From Oscillospiraceae bacterium (GTDB lineage: Bacteria; Bacillota; Clostridia; Oscillospirales; JAAYXM01): DNA of 64,000 bases. Below are positions 48,133 to 57,660 of the stretch, piece after piece. The notes under the pieces are model-generated. The model ran no database searches and was not told the origin of the DNA. It saw nothing but the letters and a program-made list of their open reading frames with translations. The number at the start of each line of letters is the position of its first letter. Position 1 is the stretch's first letter. The DNA lies in assembly GCA_017435965.1 (NCBI GenBank), contig JAFSEA010000042.1, forward strand, positions 12,250-76,249. Reading direction: 5' to 3'. The position numbers were made by a program, and so were the translations under genes.

Positions 48133-51100
48133 ATGGCAGGGAGGTGCTTGCATATTTTGAAACGGTATAGAGTGGGTGTGGATGTCGGTTCGACAACGAT
48201 AAAGGTTATATTGCTCGACGAAAATAATGAAATCATATACAAAAGATATGAAAGGCATTGTGCACGTATCCAGGAAACTATGACAGAGCTTCTTGTAGAA
48301 GCACGCAGTATTGTGGGAAAGTGTATTTTGCATATAAGAATGACGGGCTCCGGTGCTATAAATCTTGCAAAAGCATTGGAGACCGGGTTTGTGCAGGAGG
48401 TGGCTGCGGTTGCGGTTGCTCTCAAGGAAAAACTTCCTCAAACGGACGTTGCTATCGAGCTTGGAGGAGAAGATGCTAAGATAATATACTTTGACAATGG
48501 TATAGAAGAGAGAATGAATGGTGTATGTGCCGGCGGAACGGGAGCATTCATCGACCAGATGGCAGCACTTTTGCAAACTGATGCAAAAGGACTTGATGAT
48601 GCGGCAAAAAAGTATAAGCAGATATATCCCATAGCGGCACGTTGCGGTGTTTTTGCAAAGACAGACATACAGCCGCTTATCAATGAGGGAGCTGCTGTTC
48701 CTGATCTTGCGGCATCTATTTTTCAGGCTGTGGTAAATCAGACAATTTCGGGGCTTGCCTGCGGCAGACCGATTCGCGGCTGCGTTGCATTTCTCGGTGG
48801 ACCGCTTCACTTTTTGCCTGAACTTAAGAAGGCGTTTGCAAGAACTTTAGAACTCACTCCCGATAAGATGGCAGAAAGTGAAGATTCTCATCTTTTTGCG
48901 GCTTTCGGTGCGGCGCTGAATGCGGATGAAGAAATGGGCGTGGAAATAGATGCGTTCATAGAAAAAATGCAACAAGGGATACAAATGCAGTTTGAGATAA
49001 AAAGACTTGATCCTTTGTTTGAAAGTGAGTCGGAGTATAAAGAATTTTGCGATCGCCATAGTGATGCGGTTGTTTTCAAAAAAGATATTTCGGAATATCG
49101 CGGAAAATGTTTTCTCGGTATAGATGCAGGCTCTACTACCACAAAGATGGCACTTATCGGAGAAGCGGGAGAGCTTTTATTTTCTTATTATGCAAACAAC
49201 AGAGGAAACCCCATTCATACTGCCATTGATGCAATGGTCAAGCTTGGCGAGAAGCTTCCGGATGGCGCAGAAATTGTTCGTTCCTGTTCCACGGGTTATG
49301 GTGAGGCACTACTCAAAACTGCATTTTCTCTTGATGTCGGCGAGGTTGAGACTGTAGCTCATTGTACAGCCGCAACATTTTTTGATTGTGATGCTGATTG
49401 CATTCTTGATATCGGCGGTCAGGATATGAAGTTCATACGTCTTAAAAATGGCGTGGTGGATAATGTAATACTTAATGAAGCTTGCTCCTCCGGTTGTGGG
49501 TCTTTTATTGAGAGTTTTGCGGCATCGTTGGGTTATGATGCGGAGGGTTTTGCGAATGAAGCCCTGTATGCGAAAAATCCGGTTGATTTAGGGACTCGTT
49601 GCACAGTTTTTATGAATTCCAATGTAAAACAGGCACAAAAAGAAGGCGCATCGGTATCGGATATTTCTGCAGGTCTTGCGTATTCGGTAATCAAAAATGC
49701 GCTGTTTAAAGTTATAAAGCTCGGAGATGTGTCTGAACTTGGAAACAGAATAGTAGTTCAGGGCGGAACGTTTTATAACCATGCTGTTCTTCGTGCTTTT
49801 GAAAAGGTTTCGGGAAAGAATGCCGTTTGTCCCGATATTTCCGGAATAATGGGTGCTTTTGGCGCTGCACTCATTGCAAAAAACGGATACACAGGACAGA
49901 AAAGTACAATGCTCTCTTTTGAGGAGATAGCTACTCTTACATATAAAACAAAAGTTACAAGATGCTCCGGTTGTACGAATAATTGCATACTCACGATAAA
50001 TGATTTTGGCAACGGCAGGCGTCATATCACAGGCAATCGTTGTGAAAAAGGAATTGGCACAAAGCTGAGTACGGCTGCTCCCAATCTTGTGCAATATAAG
50101 CGTGAGCGTATTTTTGCCTACGAACCGCTTTCTGAGGAAGATGCTTTCCGCGGAACAATAGGTATACCTCGTGTTCTTAATATTTACGAAAATTTTCCAT
50201 TCTGGGCAACTTTCTGGAAAGAGCTCGGCTTCAAAGTTGTACTTTCCCCGTTTTCTGACAGACGGATATATGAATTGGGAATGGAATCCATTCCGTCTGA
50301 GTCGGAATGCTATCCGGCAAAGCTCGCTCACGGACATATCGAATGGCTTATCAAAAATGGAATAAAAACAATTTTTTATCCGTGTGTATACTACGAAAAG
50401 CAGGAGACAGAAGCTGCACAGAACCACTACAACTGTCCGATTGTTGTGTCTTATCCCGAAAACATAAAGAACAATGTGGAAGAAATAGCTGACGGCGATG
50501 TGGATTTTGTAAGACCTTTCGTTGCGTTTACGGATGAAAAAACAGTTGCAGATCGACTTGTGATGTTATGTTGTGATAAATGGCAGATAGCAACAAGTGA
50601 AATTCTTTCGGCAGTTAAAAAAGCTTGGGAAGAGATGGAAAAGGCAAAGTCGGATATTCTTGAAGAAGGAAAGCGTGTTCTTTCCGAGATGGAAAAAAGG
50701 GGAGAATGTGGCATTGTAATTGCGGGAAGACCGTATCATATCGACCCTGAAATAAATCACGGAATCCCTGAGCTTATTTCTTCTTTTGGTCTCACTGTTT
50801 TCACGGAAGATAGCGTACCGGTCGATTTTGTGCCCACACGGCCACTCCGTGTTGTTGATCAATGGGTTTATCATTCGAGACTTTATAATGCGGCGGAATT
50901 TGTGAGCACCCGTGATGATCTGGAACTGATTCAGTTCAATTCCTTCGGTTGTGGTCTTGATGCGGTCACAACTGATCAGGTGTGTGAAATACTTGAGAAG
51001 AACAATAAGCTTTATACTCTCCTTAAGATAGATGAAGTCAATAATCTCGGCGCGGCAAGAATACGGATCAGAAGTCTTGTTTCTGCAATGAAGATGCGTG

Positions 51101-52380
51101 GTGAAAGGGGAATAAAGGCTGAGGCTTGCTCCGAAAAATATAACAGGGTTGAGTTCACGAAAAAGATGTTCGATGAGAATTATACAATCCTTGCACCGCA
51201 GATGAGTCCGATACATTTCGATATCCTCCGTCCGATATTTGAAAAAGCAGGGTATAATGTTGTTGTTCTTGATAATGACAATAGAAGTGCTATCGACGTT
51301 GGTCTTAAGTTTGTAAATAATGATGCTTGTTTCCCGTCAATAACCGTTGTTGGTCAGATTATGGAAGCTGTTTTATCCGGGAAATATGACACGGATAAAC
51401 TTGCTGTTATGGTAACTCAGACCGGCGGCTGTTGCCGTGCAAGTAATTATGTTGGGTTCATACGAAAGGCACTTGCAAAAGCAAATCTTTCTCATATTCC
51501 GGTTATTTCCCTCAATGCCAATGGTATGGAGAAAAATGAGGGATTCAAGCCAGGTATAAAAATGATAGTTGATGCGGCAAAAGCGATTGTGTATGGAGAC
51601 CTTCTTATGCGCTGTCTTTATAGAGTCCGTCCTTATGAGAAGGTTACGGGTGATGCGGAAAGATTGCTGAAAAAGTGGAGTGAAATCTGCGTTGACTCTC
51701 TGGTTAATCCCAAGAGCGAATATAAATATAAGAAGGTTTGCTATGGTATTGTTCGGGATTTTGATTCGTTGCCCATTGATGAAACTGTAAAAAAACCGCG
51801 AGTCGGTATAGTTGGTGAGATTCTTGTAAAATATATGCCTCTTGCCAATAATCATCTGGTTGAGCTGTTGGAAAAAGAAGGTGCAGAAGTCGTTGTTCCT
51901 GATCTTATGGACTTTATGAATTACACGTTCTACAATGCTCATTATAAAACGGAGTTTCTCGGTGAGGGGAAAGCTTCGTCACGTGTTGCGAAGATTGCAG
52001 TCGCACTTATTCAGCGTTTCAGGCGACACGCGATAAAGGCTCTCGGAAAAAGTAAACGTTTTGAAGCACCTGAACATATAAGTGAACTTGCTGAAAGAGC
52101 AAAGCCGTTCTTGTCTCTCGGTAACCAATATGGTGAAGGGTGGTTCCTTACCGGAGAAATGGCAAAGCTTGTTTCGGGTGATGTTCCGAATGTCATATGC
52201 GTTCAGCCGTTTGCGTGTCTTCCGAATCACGTTGTCGGCAAAGGTGTTATCAAAGCTATGAAAAAAGTATATCCCGAAGCAAATATTGTTGCGGTGGATT
52301 ATGACCCCGGTGCAAGCGAGGTAAACCAGCTCAACAGAATAAAATTGATGCTGACAACAGCAAAAGAAAAACTCAAATAA
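48133..52380 (+). CDS. 1415-aa fusion: two BcrAD/BadFG-type activase ATPase modules plus 2-hydroxyacyl-CoA-dehydratase-like (HgdB/D-component-like) C-terminal region; substrate unknown
   Basis: Two ASKHA phosphate-1 motifs (VGVDVGSTTIKV near aa 15, LGIDAGSTTTKM near aa 330), each followed by Cys-containing NGVCAGGTGAF / NEACSSGCGSF segments. A long Cys-rich C-terminal half follows. Confidence 0.75.
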   Translation: MAGRCLHILKRYRVGVDVGSTTIKVILLDENNEIIYKRYERHCARIQETMTELLVEARSIVGKCILHIRMTGSGAINLAKALETGFVQEVAAVAVALKEKLPQTDVAIELGGEDAKIIYFDNGIEERMNGVCAGGTGAFIDQMAALLQTDAKGLDDAAKKYKQIYPIAARCGVFAKTDIQPLINEGAAVPDLAASIFQAVVNQTISGLACGRPIRGCVAFLGGPLHFLPELKKAFARTLELTPDKMAESEDSHLFAAFGAALNADEEMGVEIDAFIEKMQQGIQMQFEIKRLDPLFESESEYKEFCDRHSDAVVFKKDISEYRGKCFLGIDAGSTTTKMALIGEAGELLFSYYANNRGNPIHTAIDAMVKLGEKLPDGAEIVRSCSTGYGEALLKTAFSLDVGEVETVAHCTAATFFDCDADCILDIGGQDMKFIRLKNGVVDNVILNEACSSGCGSFIESFAASLGYDAEGFANEALYAKNPVDLGTRCTVFMNSNVKQAQKEGASVSDISAGLAYSVIKNALFKVIKLGDVSELGNRIVVQGGTFYNHAVLRAFEKVSGKNAVCPDISGIMGAFGAALIAKNGYTGQKSTMLSFEEIATLTYKTKVTRCSGCTNNCILTINDFGNGRRHITGNRCEKGIGTKLSTAAPNLVQYKRERIFAYEPLSEEDAFRGTIGIPRVLNIYENFPFWATFWKELGFKVVLSPFSDRRIYELGMESIPSESECYPAKLAHGHIEWLIKNGIKTIFYPCVYYEKQETEAAQNHYNCPIVVSYPENIKNNVEEIADGDVDFVRPFVAFTDEKTVADRLVMLCCDKWQIATSEILSAVKKAWEEMEKAKSDILEEGKRVLSEMEKRGECGIVIAGRPYHIDPEINHGIPELISSFGLTVFTEDSVPVDFVPTRPLRVVDQWVYHSRLYNAAEFVSTRDDLELIQFNSFGCGLDAVTTDQVCEILEKNNKLYTLLKIDEVNNLGAARIRIRSLVSAMKMRGERGIKAEACSEKYNRVEFTKKMFDENYTILAPQMSPIHFDILRPIFEKAGYNVVVLDNDNRSAIDVGLKFVNNDACFPSITVVGQIMEAVLSGKYDTDKLAVMVTQTGGCCRASNYVGFIRKALAKANLSHIPVISLNANGMEKNEGFKPGIKMIVDAAKAIVYGDLLMRCLYRVRPYEKVTGDAERLLKKWSEICVDSLVNPKSEYKYKKVCYGIVRDFDSLPIDETVKKPRVGIVGEILVKYMPLANNHLVELLEKEGAEVVVPDLMDFMNYTFYNAHYKTEFLGEGKASSRVAKIAVALIQRFRRHAIKALGKSKRFEAPEHISELAERAKPFLSLGNQYGEGWFLTGEMAKLVSGDVPNVICVQPFACLPNHVVGKGVIKAMKKVYPEANIVAVDYDPGASEVNQLNRIKLMLTTAKEKLK

Positions 52381-52381
52381 A

Positions 52382-52421
52382 AAAGATAACCGATTCTGAA
52401 CCGAATCGGTTATCTTTTTTT
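52382..52421. terminator. Bidirectional intrinsic terminator between the activase-fusion gene and the convergent alarmone synthetase gene
   Basis: aaagataaccgattc / gaatcggttatcttt 15-bp stem with T-runs on both strands. Confidence 0.85.
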
Positions 52422-53109
52422 ATATATTTACTTTTTCACGGAGTGAATCCATTCTTTTGTCGAGTTCTGCACTGAGTTGCGAACAAAGATATAAATCGTT
52501 TGCCATATCTTCGGTGAAGTTGATGTCTTTTTTATATTTAAGCTGATGCTCCAATGCGGCCCATGAGTCCATCGCAATTGTGCGCAGTTGTATTTCTACC
52601 CTCATGCTTCGCTTTTCGTGGAGAAGAAAAATGGGAACGGACACAATTAGATGCAGACTACGATAGCCGTTTGGCTTGGGGGATTTGATGTAATCCTTTG
52701 TTTCTATGAGAGTGATATCGTCCTGAGAGAGAAGGGCATCTGCGAGCATATACACATCGCGTTCAAAAGAACAGATAATTCGTATGCCGGCTATATCGTT
52801 GAGATTGTCTTCCAGCGAATTCAGGGATAATGGGATATCTTTTTTTGAGAGTTTGCGTATGATGCTGTCTAACTTTTTCAGGCGGGTTTTTATTGCACTT
52901 ATAGGGGTTCGGTCGTGTCGGAGGGAAAACTCCTCGTTGAGAACGTTGAATTTTGTTTCGAGCTCCATCATCGCACATTTGTAATATGCCATAAGTCTTG
53001 TGAAGCTTTGCATAGCTGTACGGATTTCTGTTGCTTCCGGATTGTCGCTGAAGAAAATCTCGAATAGCTTTCTGTCATTTTCGGAGAATGAGTAAAAAGA
53101 ATTGTTCAT
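52420..53109 (-). CDS. Small alarmone synthetase (RelQ/RelP-type GTP pyrophosphokinase)
   Basis: 229 aa, single RelA/SpoT synthetase domain: DIAGIRIICSF, KPNGYRSLHLIV, EIQLRTIAMDSWAALEH. Confidence 0.9.
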   Translation of the reverse strand: MNNSFYSFSENDRKLFEIFFSDNPEATEIRTAMQSFTRLMAYYKCAMMELETKFNVLNEEFSLRHDRTPISAIKTRLKKLDSIIRKLSKKDIPLSLNSLEDNLNDIAGIRIICSFERDVYMLADALLSQDDITLIETKDYIKSPKPNGYRSLHLIVSVPIFLLHEKRSMRVEIQLRTIAMDSWAALEHQLKYKKDINFTEDMANDLYLCSQLSAELDKRMDSLREKVNI

Positions 53110-53209
53110 TCCTGTTCACCTTTCTGTGTTTCTTCTCATTATATAAATTATCATTTAAAACGTCGAAAGTCAATGAACGGATTGTAAAATTTGAGAAAAA
53201 AGAAAAATT

Positions 53210-53226
53210 AAACCACTTTGCACCAC
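53210..53226. repeat. Left arm of a perfect 17-bp inverted repeat (aaaccactttgcaccac)
   Basis: Exact reverse complement of 53371-53387. Read on the - strand it is GTGGtgcaaaGTGGttt, facing the alarmone synthetase gene. Confidence 0.9.
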
Positions 53227-53330
53227 CGGGTTTCTTGTGGATAATTCTGTGGAAACTGTGGAAAAGTAATAATATTTCAATCATATTACAAAAAATGATG
53301 AAAAAATGTAATGAAATTTTAAAATGGGTA

Positions 53331-53359
53331 TTGATTTTTCGTTTATCTGCGTTTATAAT
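53331..53359 (+). promoter_or_regulatory. Sigma-A-type promoter candidate for the dcw cluster (Pmra)
   Basis: TTGATT - 17 nt - TATAAT, 46 nt upstream of the mraZ GTG. Confidence 0.55.
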
Positions 53360-53370
53360 ATAAATACGTC

Positions 53371-53394
53371 GTGGTGCAAAGTGGTTTGAAATGG
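53371..53394 (+). promoter_or_regulatory. Candidate MraZ operator: GTGG-N6-GTGG-N6-ATGG (10-nt phasing); the first 17 nt are the right arm of the inverted repeat
   Basis: Boxes start at 53371, 53381 and 53391, immediately downstream of the candidate -10. MraZ proteins are known to bind phased direct repeats at their own promoter. Confidence 0.35.
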
Positions 53395-53404
53395 AGGTGA
53401 AGCT

Positions 53405-53815
53405 GTGAGAGGCGAATACGCACATGTTATAGATGAAAAAGGCAGGCTGTTTATTCCTTCAAAATTCCGTACGGAATTGGGTTGCAGCTTCGTCCTCACA
53501 AAGGGACTCGGAAAATGCCTTGCGGCATATCCTTTAAGTGAGTGGGCGCTCTTTGAGGAAAAAATCAAATCTCTACCCACCCGTAAATCCCGTGAACTTC
53601 AGCTCTTCTTTGTCGCTCCGTCTCAGGATATGGAGCTTGATGGACAAGGGCGTATTCTTGTTCCTCAGAAGCTTCGCGCATATGCGGGGCTCAATAAGAG
53701 TCTTGTTATAGTCGGAATGATTGACCACCTTGAAATATGGTCCGAAGATGAATGGGAAGCACAGAACCTCACATCTGATTATATTATGGATGTGATGGAC
53801 GAGGCGGGTATATAA
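53405..53815 (+). CDS. mraZ: Transcriptional regulator MraZ
   Basis: 136 aa. Two SpoVT/AbrB-like halves, each with the DxxGR motif (VIDEKGRLFIPSKFR and ELDGQGRILVPQKLR). GTG start after GGAGGTGA. Confidence 0.95.
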   Translation: MRGEYAHVIDEKGRLFIPSKFRTELGCSFVLTKGLGKCLAAYPLSEWALFEEKIKSLPTRKSRELQLFFVAPSQDMELDGQGRILVPQKLRAYAGLNKSLVIVGMIDHLEIWSEDEWEAQNLTSDYIMDVMDEAGI

Positions 53816-53817
53816 AT

Positions 53818-54735
53818 ATGTACGAGCTTCATTTTCCCGTAATGCTCTCTGAGTGCATTGAAATGTTGAATATAAAACCCGATGGTGTATATATAGACGG
53901 AACTTTCGGTCGTGGCGGACATTCACGCGAAATTGCAAAAAGACTTCGCGGTGGAAAGCTTATCTGCATCGACAGGGACAATAGTGCAATCGAATACGGA
54001 AAAGAGAATTTTTCGGAATTCGACAATGTCGAATTCATCAAAGGTGATTTTTGCAACATACCTGAATTGGTATCCGAAAAGGTGGACGGAATACTTCTTG
54101 ACCTCGGTGTTTCGTCCCCACAGCTGGATGAAGCCGAACGTGGCTTTTCATATATGGCAGACGGTGCTCTCGATATGCGTATGGACAGAATGCAGAAGTT
54201 GTCTGCTTATGAAGTTGTTAACGAGTGGAGTTTTGAAGAACTTCGCAGAATAATCTCCGAATATGGGGAAGAGAGATATGCATCAAAAGTGGCTTCGGCA
54301 ATAGTGAGGTCGCGTGATAAAAAAGAAATTTCCGGCACATTGGAGCTTGTGGAGATAATCAAGGCTGCACTTCCGGGAGCTGCTCTTCGTGAAAAGCAAC
54401 ATCCTGCAAAGCGAACTTTTCAGGGTATAAGAATCGCGGTGAATGATGAGCTGGGCGAGATAGAAAGGTTTCTGGCGACTTTGCCGGATGTACTCAAGTC
54501 CAAGGGACGTGCTGTTATAATAACCTTTCATTCGCTTGAGGACAGGCTTGTCAAGCACGCCTTCCGGATTGCGGAAAAACCGTGCACTTGTCCACCGTCT
54601 TTGCCTGTGTGCGTTTGCGGGAAAAAACCCACATTAAAGGTTATCACAAATAAACCCGTTCTTCCGGGAAAAGACGAGCTTGATAAGAATCCCAGATCAC
54701 GGTCTGCAAAGGTTCGAGTGGCTGAAAAAATATGA
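53818..54735 (+). CDS. rsmH: 16S rRNA (cytosine1402-N4)-methyltransferase RsmH
   Basis: HFPVML, DGTFGRGGHS, LLDLGVSSPQLD and FHSLEDR motifs. Confidence 0.96.
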   Translation: MYELHFPVMLSECIEMLNIKPDGVYIDGTFGRGGHSREIAKRLRGGKLICIDRDNSAIEYGKENFSEFDNVEFIKGDFCNIPELVSEKVDGILLDLGVSSPQLDEAERGFSYMADGALDMRMDRMQKLSAYEVVNEWSFEELRRIISEYGEERYASKVASAIVRSRDKKEISGTLELVEIIKAALPGAALREKQHPAKRTFQGIRIAVNDELGEIERFLATLPDVLKSKGRAVIITFHSLEDRLVKHAFRIAEKPCTCPPSLPVCVCGKKPTLKVITNKPVLPGKDELDKNPRSRSAKVRVAEKI

Positions 54736-54756
54736 TTTAAGAAAGGAAAGGCAAAT

Positions 54757-55275
54757 ATGGCGACTGCTACAGACGGCAAAATTGCATACAATCTTGCGAA
54801 GTTTGACAACAGAACGCTTGTTAAAGAACAGGTAGAGAGAGAGCGTGTGGCAAGTCGTGCAAGGGCAAAAAGTCGTGCAAAGGCTAAAGGTCATGCAAAA
54901 ACGAGACCTGCAATAAGCGGCTTTGCTATTTTTAGCGGAGTGGTTGTTTTCACTATGTTGCTTGCACTCCTTTTTTCGTATGTAAATCTTTCTGAAATAT
55001 CTGATTTAAGCCGAATCAAAGGAAATGAGCTCAAGAAACTCAAAGAAGAGAATCAAATGCTTGAAATAAATTACAATCAGCGTTTGAGTGAGCTTGATGT
55101 CCGCGACTATGCTGTTACAAGGCTTGGTATGAGAAGAGTTGATAAATCCCAGATAAGATATGTGGAAACTCCTCGTGAAGATGTTTTTGAAGTTCCGGAG
55201 GAAAAAAAGAAAGAGACCGGAATCATTGCGGGGCTTGCAAATGGATTTTCAACAGTCATAGAATTTGTCAATTGA
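54757..55275 (+). CDS. ftsL: Cell division protein FtsL-like (bitopic, basic cytoplasmic tail)
   Basis: 172 aa. Basic N-terminal tail, one TM segment (FAIFSGVVVFTMLLALLF), then coiled coil. Position between rsmH and the class B PBP. Confidence 0.75.
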   Translation: MATATDGKIAYNLAKFDNRTLVKEQVERERVASRARAKSRAKAKGHAKTRPAISGFAIFSGVVVFTMLLALLFSYVNLSEISDLSRIKGNELKKLKEENQMLEINYNQRLSELDVRDYAVTRLGMRRVDKSQIRYVETPREDVFEVPEEKKKETGIIAGLANGFSTVIEFVN

Positions 55276-55377
55276 CAGGAATATCGTATCTTTTGCAATA
55301 ATATAAATTATGGCAGAGAATTGTGAGCGGAGTTTGTTGATGCATTCTCCGCATTGTTACTATACCGGGGTGATTAT

Positions 55378-57642
55378 ATGGCACGAAACGGTCCGTCAAA
55401 TATGATACTCAAAAGAATAATAAAGTGTATGTTCGCCTGTCTTATCCTCGGCTTTTTGCCGCTTGTTTGTGCGCTCGTAAAGATTCAGCTTGTTGACTAT
55501 AAGCTGTATCAGTCAAAAGCCATCGAGCAGCAGACAAAGGATTCCATCGTTACTCCAAAGCGAGGGGTAATATATGACAGGAATATGAATGAGATTGCAG
55601 TAAGCGCCTCGGCTGACACCGTGGCTATTTCTCCTGCAGACATTGAAACGCCGGAGGAAGCTGCAATTGTTGCGAAAGCATTATCTGAAACTCTGAACCT
55701 CGATTATGAGAACGTGTATAAAAAAACCGAGAATAAAAAGCTTCATTATCAGGTTATAAAGAAAAAAATAACTCTTGAAGAATCCACGGCACTGCGCGAA
55801 AGAATAAAAGCCGACAAAATCTCGGGAATACAGTTTATCGAAGATACCAAGAGATATTATCCTTATGGTAATTTTGCATCACAGGTAATAGGCTTTTGCG
55901 GTGATGACAATTCCGGACTTTCGGGAATTGAAATGAAGTATGAAGATGTCCTCAAGGGAATGCCCGGAAGAATGATTGCGGCGAAGAATGCAAAAGGTAC
56001 AGCGATGCCTTTTAAGTATGAAAAATATTACGATGCACGAAATGGATATAATATAGTGCTCACGATAGATGAGACTGTACAGCAGGTTCTGGAAAATCAT
56101 CTCGAAACAGCTGTAATTGACGGACAGATAGAAAATCGTGGTGCAGGGATTGTATATAACATAAAAACAGGTGAAATCCTCGCTATGGCAACGTACGGAG
56201 ATTTTGATCTGAATGCGCCGTTTGAAGTGGTTGACCCGAAAGCACTTGAGCGAATCGAAGCGGTTGAAGATGAAGAGGAAAGAAAAAAAGCAAGGTCAAA
56301 CGAGCTTCAGGCTTCGTGGAGAAACAAGTTCATATCAGATGCATATGAGCCGGGTTCGGTATTTAAAATACTGACCGTTGCAATGGGGTATGAAGAGGGT
56401 GTTGTAAACGAAAATTCATCCTTCAATTGTCCCGGTGGACTTCAGGTAGCAGACCGTATGATACATTGCTGGAAAAGAGCCGGTCACGGAGAGGTTTCTC
56501 TTTCTCAGGCTTTGGAAAAGTCGTGCAACTGTGCTCTGATGAATATTGCATCAAGAGTGGGAAACTCAAAGTTTTATGATTACTGTGAAAACTTTGGGCT
56601 TCTCGATAAGACCGGAGTTGACCTTATCGGAGAAGCGAAAGGATATTTCTTCCCTGAAAATGACTTTAAGAATGTCAATAACAAAGTCAGCCTTGCCGTT
56701 GCATCGTTCGGTCAGACTTTTAAGGTCACTCCCATGCAGATGGTGTGCGCAGTAGGCGCGGTTGTAAATGACGGAAAGCTTATGAAACCGCATCTTGTTA
56801 AGGAAATTATTGATGACAATGGAATCGTAATTCAGAAAAACGAACCTGAGGAGGTTCGTCAGGTAATATCTGAAACAACCTCTGATTTTATAAATAAGTC
56901 ACTTGAGGAAACAGTTGCCACGGGAACAGGTAAAAATGCAAGAGTATCGGGTTATCGTGTGGGTGGCAAAACCGGAACATCGGAAAAAGTTGACGAATAC
57001 AGCGAGGAAGAGGGAAAGAAGTATATAGCTTCGTTTTTCGGAGTAGCACCTATGGAGGACCCGGAAATTGCGATACTTATAATGCTTGATACTCCTCGTG
57101 GAATTTATCTTGAAGGAAGTCAGCTTGCTGCACCGGCCGCAGGAAAAGTGCTGGAAGAAATTCTTCCGCACCTCGGATATAAACCCACGTATACTGCGGA
57201 TGATCTTATGGGTGTTGAGGTGACGATGCCGAATCTTCTTGGCGGAACTATGGAAAGCATCAATAAAAAACTCAGCACGAACAGAGATTATTCTTCTTTC
57301 ATTATTAAAACTGTCGGTAGTGGAGATGTCTGTACGGATCAGCTTCCTGCTGAAGGTTCAAAAATCCCCAATAATTCAACCATTGTTGTTTATATGGGCG
57401 AGAAGGCTGATTCGGAACAGGTGAAAATGCCAAATGTTATCGGAACAACTCCTGAAGCAGCAAACAAACTTATTACCAATGCCGGGTTGTATATGAGAGC
57501 ACAAGGGGCAGTAAGTGTTGGAACTTCAACTGTTACTGCGACAAAGCAGGAATATCCGGAAGGTACCATGCTGTCTCCGGGAACAGTTGTGACCGTTGAT
57601 TTTTATGATATTAAAGGGGTATCGGAAGGCGTATCGGGTTAA
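55378..57642 (+). CDS. Class B penicillin-binding protein (PBP2B/SpoVD-like) with two C-terminal PASTA domains
   Basis: N-terminal TM anchor. Transpeptidase motifs SVFK (SxxK), SCN (SxN) and KTGT. Two PASTA-like repeats lie after aa ~620. ATG 55378 (ORF track 55354). Confidence 0.92.
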   Translation: MARNGPSNMILKRIIKCMFACLILGFLPLVCALVKIQLVDYKLYQSKAIEQQTKDSIVTPKRGVIYDRNMNEIAVSASADTVAISPADIETPEEAAIVAKALSETLNLDYENVYKKTENKKLHYQVIKKKITLEESTALRERIKADKISGIQFIEDTKRYYPYGNFASQVIGFCGDDNSGLSGIEMKYEDVLKGMPGRMIAAKNAKGTAMPFKYEKYYDARNGYNIVLTIDETVQQVLENHLETAVIDGQIENRGAGIVYNIKTGEILAMATYGDFDLNAPFEVVDPKALERIEAVEDEEERKKARSNELQASWRNKFISDAYEPGSVFKILTVAMGYEEGVVNENSSFNCPGGLQVADRMIHCWKRAGHGEVSLSQALEKSCNCALMNIASRVGNSKFYDYCENFGLLDKTGVDLIGEAKGYFFPENDFKNVNNKVSLAVASFGQTFKVTPMQMVCAVGAVVNDGKLMKPHLVKEIIDDNGIVIQKNEPEEVRQVISETTSDFINKSLEETVATGTGKNARVSGYRVGGKTGTSEKVDEYSEEEGKKYIASFFGVAPMEDPEIAILIMLDTPRGIYLEGSQLAAPAAGKVLEEILPHLGYKPTYTADDLMGVEVTMPNLLGGTMESINKKLSTNRDYSSFIIKTVGSGDVCTDQLPAEGSKIPNNSTIVVYMGEKADSEQVKMPNVIGTTPEAANKLITNAGLYMRAQGAVSVGTSTVTATKQEYPEGTMLSPGTVVTVDFYDIKGVSEGVSG

Positions 57643-57660
57643 ACATCCAACGAAAGGTGA

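Noticed and set aside
53088-53363. 91-aa + strand ORF (and the 116-aa - strand ORF 53075-53425) in the SAS-mraZ intergenic region
   Set aside because: The region is AT-rich, the ORFs have no RBS and a Phe/Lys/Ile-rich composition, and they overlap the promoter and operator elements. It is better explained as regulatory DNA.
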